Source of the DNA: an uncultured virus (IMG/VR IMGVR_UViG_3300027374_000004)
Lineage: Duplodnaviria > Heunggongvirae > Uroviricota > Caudoviricetes
Strand: one strand, 5' to 3'
Length of the DNA stretch: 20,000 nucleotides
Virus record (IMG/VR): IMGVR_UViG_3300027374_000004
Shown here: piece by piece, positions 16,613 through 20,000 of the stretch
How the letters are laid out: each line of letters begins with the position of its first letter
How positions within the stretch are numbered: position 1 is the stretch's first letter
Position numbers and translations under genes: made by a program
The notes under the pieces: generated by a model
The model's input: the letters and a program-made list of their open reading frames with translations, nothing else
Told to the model about the DNA's origin: nothing
Databases searched by the model: none

Positions 16613-17239
16613 ATGACATTAGCCAAATTGATTTCAGAATACAGGAAATCACATGGATTTTCTCAGCGACAAATGGGAGCTCAATGCGGCTTGTCAACTG
16701 GCTATATTTCCTTAATTGAAAAAGAAGTAAATCCACAAACGGGAAAGCAAATGATTCCCACCCTTAATGTCTTAAACAAAATTGCAAAGGGCATGAATAT
16801 GACGATTGATGAGCTCTTTTCCGTGTGTGACGATATGCCCGTCAATACAAGTGAAAGCGAAACTGAATCAGAGCCAAGTTTTACAGGAGAACAAATTGGT
16901 CACCGCATCAAAGAGTGCCGTGAAAGAATTGGTATAACTCAAACTGATCTTGCTAACTCAATCGGTGAATTAAAGCAAACAATATATAAATATGAATCTG
17001 GTTTTATTGAAAATATCCCGATTAAGAAGCTGGTGCTTATAGCTGAACATTTGAAAGTGTCTCCAGGTTACCTTATGGGCTGGGAAGAACACCCGGATCA
17101 AAAAGAAAAACCTGCCCCCAAGGAAGGGGACAAGCTTAGTTTGGAGATTATGAATTTGTTTTTTTCGTTGCCGGAAGAGAAGCAGCGGGAGGCCTTACAC
17201 TATCTCCGCTATCTTGCAGAGAGCGAAGGAAGGAAATAA
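16613..17239 (+). CDS. Phage repressor with two tandem XRE HTH domains and a short C-terminal helical domain
   Basis: FSQRQMG..CGLSTGYISLIE and ITQTDLA..IGELKQTIYKYESG..YLMGWE; no S24 peptidase domain. Confidence 0.9.
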   Translation: MTLAKLISEYRKSHGFSQRQMGAQCGLSTGYISLIEKEVNPQTGKQMIPTLNVLNKIAKGMNMTIDELFSVCDDMPVNTSESETESEPSFTGEQIGHRIKECRERIGITQTDLANSIGELKQTIYKYESGFIENIPIKKLVLIAEHLKVSPGYLMGWEEHPDQKEKPAPKEGDKLSLEIMNLFFSLPEEKQREALHYLRYLAESEGRK

Positions 17240-17309
17240 GCGCAAGCTTCTTTTCGTTTGACAGAGCGCAAATTTCCCGGTACATGAGATCCAGTTCTTT
17301 CACATTCAA
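17148..17309 (-). CDS. Small antisense protein (53 aa) resembling the repressor C-terminus; candidate anti-repressor
   Basis: TTG 17309 follows AGAAAGAAGTGA; upstream TGTGTTATAAT; peptide similarity to the repressor tail. Confidence 0.55.
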   Translation of the reverse strand: MNVKELDLMYREICALSNEKKLALISFLRSLQDSGDSVRPPAASLPATKKTNS

Positions 17310-17393
17310 GACAATCACTTCTTTCTGTTTTGCTGTGCTCGGGAGGTGAAAGAATTGTAGCAAAATCTACAGGACTTTGCTTGAAGATGGAAG

Positions 17394-17431
17394 ATTATAA
17401 CACATGGCCGAAACCGGCAACATTATGTTGC
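17394..17431 (-). promoter_or_regulatory. Leftward extended -10 promoter with upstream palindrome
   Basis: TGTGTTATAAT (17404-17394, minus); GCAACAT-T-ATGTTGC at 17417-17431. Confidence 0.55.
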
Positions 17432-17467
17432 GGTTGAAATAAAATAAGCATACAACGAGGGGATTGC

Positions 17468-17941
17468 ATGGAAGAAAAAAAGTATGAAATTGAAGTACCA
17501 TTATCCTATGGATCGCTTTGTATTGATGGAAGTAATCTTATCATTGTACAAAAGAAATCCGAAGAAATAATTCCTATTGCAAATATTCAATCTTTCTATC
17601 TGTCTGAGCCAAAAGGTTATGTTAGACCTAGGGGGAAAATCAAATTCACAACTGCGGCACATGGAACCGTGGATATTGTCAATTTAGGATTTGGAATAAG
17701 TAGTGCTTCTGACAGCGGACGTCAATTCGTTTATTATGAAGAAGATTATGAGGCCGCAAAGCAAATGAGAGATTACATTTCAAATTTTAACTCCACACCC
17801 AAAAATGTGAATGTACAGCCTCACAAAGAGGAACCGGTATCTACAGCAGATGAGATTAGAAAGTTAAAAGCATTGCTTGACGAAGGAATATTGACCCAAG
17901 AAGAGTTTGCGGCCAAGAAGAAGCAACTGCTAAACCTATAA
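17468..17941 (+). CDS. SHOCT domain-containing protein
   Basis: C-terminal ADEIRKLKALLDEGILTQEEFAAKKKQLL; GAGGGG RBS. Confidence 0.88.
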   Translation: MEEKKYEIEVPLSYGSLCIDGSNLIIVQKKSEEIIPIANIQSFYLSEPKGYVRPRGKIKFTTAAHGTVDIVNLGFGISSASDSGRQFVYYEEDYEAAKQMRDYISNFNSTPKNVNVQPHKEEPVSTADEIRKLKALLDEGILTQEEFAAKKKQLLNL

Positions 17942-18020
17942 AAATAGAAAATGCCCTCCGGCGCTACCAACACCAGAGGGCAAGGAGATCTACCGGCGGG
18001 AACCGGCAGAATAATCGTGC
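17941..18020 (-). ncRNA. Putative ~80-nt antisense RNA to the integrase leader, ending in an intrinsic terminator (hairpin 17952-17982)
   Basis: Minus-strand TTGATT-17bp-TACAAT (18055-18027); stem TGCCCTCTGGTG/CGCCGGAGGGCA with G-U pairs on minus, then TTTTCTATTTT. Confidence 0.6.
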
Positions 18021-18037
18021 AAATATATTGTACCGCT

Positions 18038-18067
18038 TCCCGCCAAAAAAATCAAGGCGGGATTTTT
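18038..18067 (+). terminator. Intrinsic terminator just before the integrase RBS (candidate attenuator)
   Basis: TCCCGCC-11nt-GGCGGGA-TTTTT. Confidence 0.6.
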
Positions 18068-18097
18068 GCGCCCTTTTTTAGGAGGTATAGGTACAAT

Positions 18098-19153
18098 ATG
18101 GCAAAAGCAAAAAGGCTACCTAGCGGGAGCTGGAGAGTACAAGTGTTTGTCGGTAAGGAGGACGGAAAAAGAAGATATAAGTCCTTTACTGCGGAATCAA
18201 AATGGGAGGCTGAATATCAAGCCAGCCAGTATGCCAGGAATCGCAAGGAGAGAAAAAATGTGATGAATATCACCGTCTGTGAAGCTGTTACTCGTTATAT
18301 AGACAGCAAGGATGGGGTTATTTCACCGGCTACAATAAGAGGATATCGATCAGTGCAGAACAATGGGCTGCAGAATTTGAAAGACGTCAAATTGAAGGAT
18401 CTGACCAATGAAGCTATCCAGCAGCAAATTCGAGCCAAAATTAAAACCCATTCCCCTAAGACGGTCTTAAATGAACATGGGATACTAACCGCTGCTCTAA
18501 ATATGTTTTATCCTGAATTTCGGGTTAATGTATCTTTACCTCAGAAGAAAAAACGCCCTCAAACTGTTCCCACTGATACCCAGGTAAAAGAGCTCCTGGC
18601 TCTGGCAAAGGGAAAGGACATAGAATTGCCGATCATACTTGCTGCCATGGGGAGCTTGCGTGAAGGAGAAATAGCTCCTCTAAATGTTGAAGATATCTTA
18701 GAATACGGTGTAAGGGTAAATAAGGATATGGTCAGAGATCAATACCAAAAGTGGGTAATCAAGATGACTCCAAAAACAGATGCCGGGAACCGTGTTGCGC
18801 CATTGCCCAAAAAAGTAATACAAATGCTGAAAGAGTACACCAAAGAGAAAGAAAGTGAAGATAGGATTTTCGTGATGACCCCAGAGGGAATATATGACCG
18901 TTACAAGAAACTAAGAAAGAAATGCGGAATGGACAAATGCCGTTTCCATGATCTTCGGCACTATTATGCCAGCGTTGCCCATTTGTTAGGTGTACCAGAT
19001 CAATATATCATGAAAAATGGTGGCTGGACAGACAAAGGTACTCTCCAGCAAATATACCAACACGCTCTTTCGGATCACGAAGAAATGGAGGACAAGAAGA
19101 TTACAGGCCACTTTGAAATGTTTCTAGACACAAAAGGCGAAGAATCAGAATGA
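18098..19153 (+). CDS. int: Tyrosine recombinase / phage integrase (351 aa)
   Basis: AGGAGG RBS; N-terminal arm-binding domain; LREGEI, TPKT, FHDLRH, GGW, IYQH. Confidence 0.95.
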   Translation: MAKAKRLPSGSWRVQVFVGKEDGKRRYKSFTAESKWEAEYQASQYARNRKERKNVMNITVCEAVTRYIDSKDGVISPATIRGYRSVQNNGLQNLKDVKLKDLTNEAIQQQIRAKIKTHSPKTVLNEHGILTAALNMFYPEFRVNVSLPQKKKRPQTVPTDTQVKELLALAKGKDIELPIILAAMGSLREGEIAPLNVEDILEYGVRVNKDMVRDQYQKWVIKMTPKTDAGNRVAPLPKKVIQMLKEYTKEKESEDRIFVMTPEGIYDRYKKLRKKCGMDKCRFHDLRHYYASVAHLLGVPDQYIMKNGGWTDKGTLQQIYQHALSDHEEMEDKKITGHFEMFLDTKGEESE

Positions 19154-19170
19154 GCTTCTTTTTTGCAAAA

Positions 19171-19194
19171 TTCGTGTTGCATTTCGTGTTGCAT
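19171..19194. repeat. Perfect 12-bp tandem repeat TTCGTGTTGCAT x2; likely integrase arm-type sites
   Basis: Lies between the int stop and the tRNA 3' end. Confidence 0.7.
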
Positions 19195-19270
19195 AACTTC
19201 ATTTTTTTCTTATTTTTGACCCATATTTACTATAAATTCGGTCACAAAAATTTGTGAGAAAAACCAGTAA

Positions 19271-19314
19271 AAAGGCCAGTGTTCATGCGGATTCCCGCAT
19301 AATCACTGGCTTTT
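19271..19314. terminator. Long hairpin at the att junction; probable bidirectional terminator
   Basis: GCCAGTG..ATGCGG/CCGCAT..CACTGGC with A- and T-runs on the two sides. Confidence 0.65.
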
Positions 19315-19319
19315 CTTAA

Positions 19320-19394
19320 TGGCTGGGCTGGCGGGATTCGAACCCACGGGTGACGGAGTCAAAGTCCGTTGCCTTACCGCTTGGCGACAGCCCA
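19320..19394 (-). tRNA. tRNA-Gln(TTG), CCA encoded; probable integration target
   Basis: TGGGCTG acceptor, CT-TTG-AC loop, GGTTCGAATCC. Confidence 0.96.
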
Positions 19395-19446
19395 ATATAG
19401 GAGATACGGAGCCTAATCGCTAAAATTAAACTCCGCATCTTTTAGG

Positions 19447-19524
19447 TGGGGTGGAAGATGGGACTCGAACCCACGGTCTCCAGAGCCACAATCTGGCGCT
19501 TTAACCAACTAAGCTACATCCACC
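19447..19524 (-). tRNA. tRNA-His(GTG), G-1 and CCA encoded
   Basis: CCAGA-TTGTGGC-TCTGG anticodon arm, GGTTCGAGTCC. Confidence 0.96.
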
Positions 19525-19528
19525 ATAT

Positions 19529-19605
19529 TGGCGCGCCAAAAGGGACTCGAACCCCTGGCCTACTGCTTAGAAGGCAGTTGCTCTATCCAGCTGAGCTATT
19601 GGCGC
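19529..19605 (-). tRNA. tRNA-Arg(TCT), CCA encoded
   Basis: ACTGC-CTTCTAA-GCAGT anticodon arm, GGTTCGAGTCC. Confidence 0.96.
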
Positions 19606-19724
19606 GTATGTGAGGGGCTGTTTCCCGGCCCGCAAAACAGGGAAAACCGTAAGCACGGTGATTCCGGCAAATTTTTAGGCGGTCAAAACCGCCTGCGGAA
19701 AGCCAAAGGCTTTCCGAATCAATA

Positions 19725-20000
19725 GGAAAAATTGGAGCGGGTGATGGGAATCGACCAGCGGCTTGCGCCGCTGCTGGCTCGTCCACCCCAAGCTTGTGGC
19801 TTGTGGTACCGGACTCACCGCTCTTCTCTAAAAATGTGCCGCAGGCACATTTTCTTCACGAGAAGACCCCCTTGGGGTTCGATTCCTGTCAAGCTTATGG
19901 AAAAATTGGAGCGGGTGATGGGAATCGACCAGCGGCTTGCGCCGCTGCTGGCTCGTCCACCCCAAGCTTGTGGCTTGTGGTACCGGACTCACCGCTCTTC
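19725..20000 (-). repeat. 174-bp tandem repeat (one full unit plus a partial identical unit), each with a 22-nt tRNA-Gly-like 3' end
   Basis: 19725-19826 is identical to 19899-20000; TCGATTCCCATCACCCGCTCCA (minus) at 19733-19754 and 19907-19928. Confidence 0.92.

Larger units (their letters stand above)
1..19319. mobile_element. Prophage arm (early/replication region plus lysogeny module), continuing beyond the left edge; inserted at the 3' end of tRNA-Gln
   Basis: Divergent cro/repressor switch, phage replication and recombination genes, tightly coupled ORFs, tyrosine integrase next to a tRNA 3' end. Confidence 0.93.

Noticed and set aside
16445..17467. LexA/SOS box controlling induction
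   Set aside because: No GAAC-N4-GTTC found by eye in the switch or upstream of the antisense ORF
17951..18097. 49-aa N-terminal extension of the integrase
   Set aside because: It is the translation of hairpin and terminator sequence; the strong RBS precedes ATG 18098
19528..19786. ORFs 19528-19725 and 19583-19786
   Set aside because: Overlap tRNA-Arg and the repeat; no coding support
19725..20000. CRISPR array, or intron-containing or complete tRNA-Gly
   Set aside because: Units are identical with no unique spacers and no cas genes; no D-arm, anticodon arm or 5' acceptor strand within the unit

Overview
One arm of a temperate phage (prophage), probably in a Clostridia-type Firmicute (inferred from gene content, sigmaA-type promoters and RBSs), ending at a host tRNA cluster. 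Positions 1-16444 (minus strand) are the early operon: Cro, small DNA-binding proteins, a Sak4-like ATPase/nuclease/NinB/SSB recombination module, replication initiator with iterons, G39P-like helicase loader, RecU, an N6-MTase-like/PcfK/PcfJ block, radical SAM, SleB-like hydrolase, Dam-like and Dcm-like MTases and a PAPS-reductase-family protein. Positions 16613-19153 (plus strand) are the lysogeny module: double-HTH repressor, SHOCT protein and tyrosine integrase. Next come att-arm repeats, tRNA-Gln/His/Arg (minus) and a 174-bp tandem repeat built on tRNA-Gly 3' ends. The most interesting signals are regulatory. (i) A small antisense ORF whose product mimics the repressor's C-terminal helical domain (candidate SinI-style anti-repressor). 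(ii) A terminator/anti-terminator switch with its own counter-transcribed small RNA in front of the integrase. (iii) A second promoter+terminator antisense sRNA cassette hidden inside an early ORF. (iv) Sliding-clamp-binding-like motifs on five neighbouring proteins, mostly DNA-modification related. ssb is frameshifted and the Dcm-like gene has an internal stop. All family assignments are by motif recognition; no searches were run.
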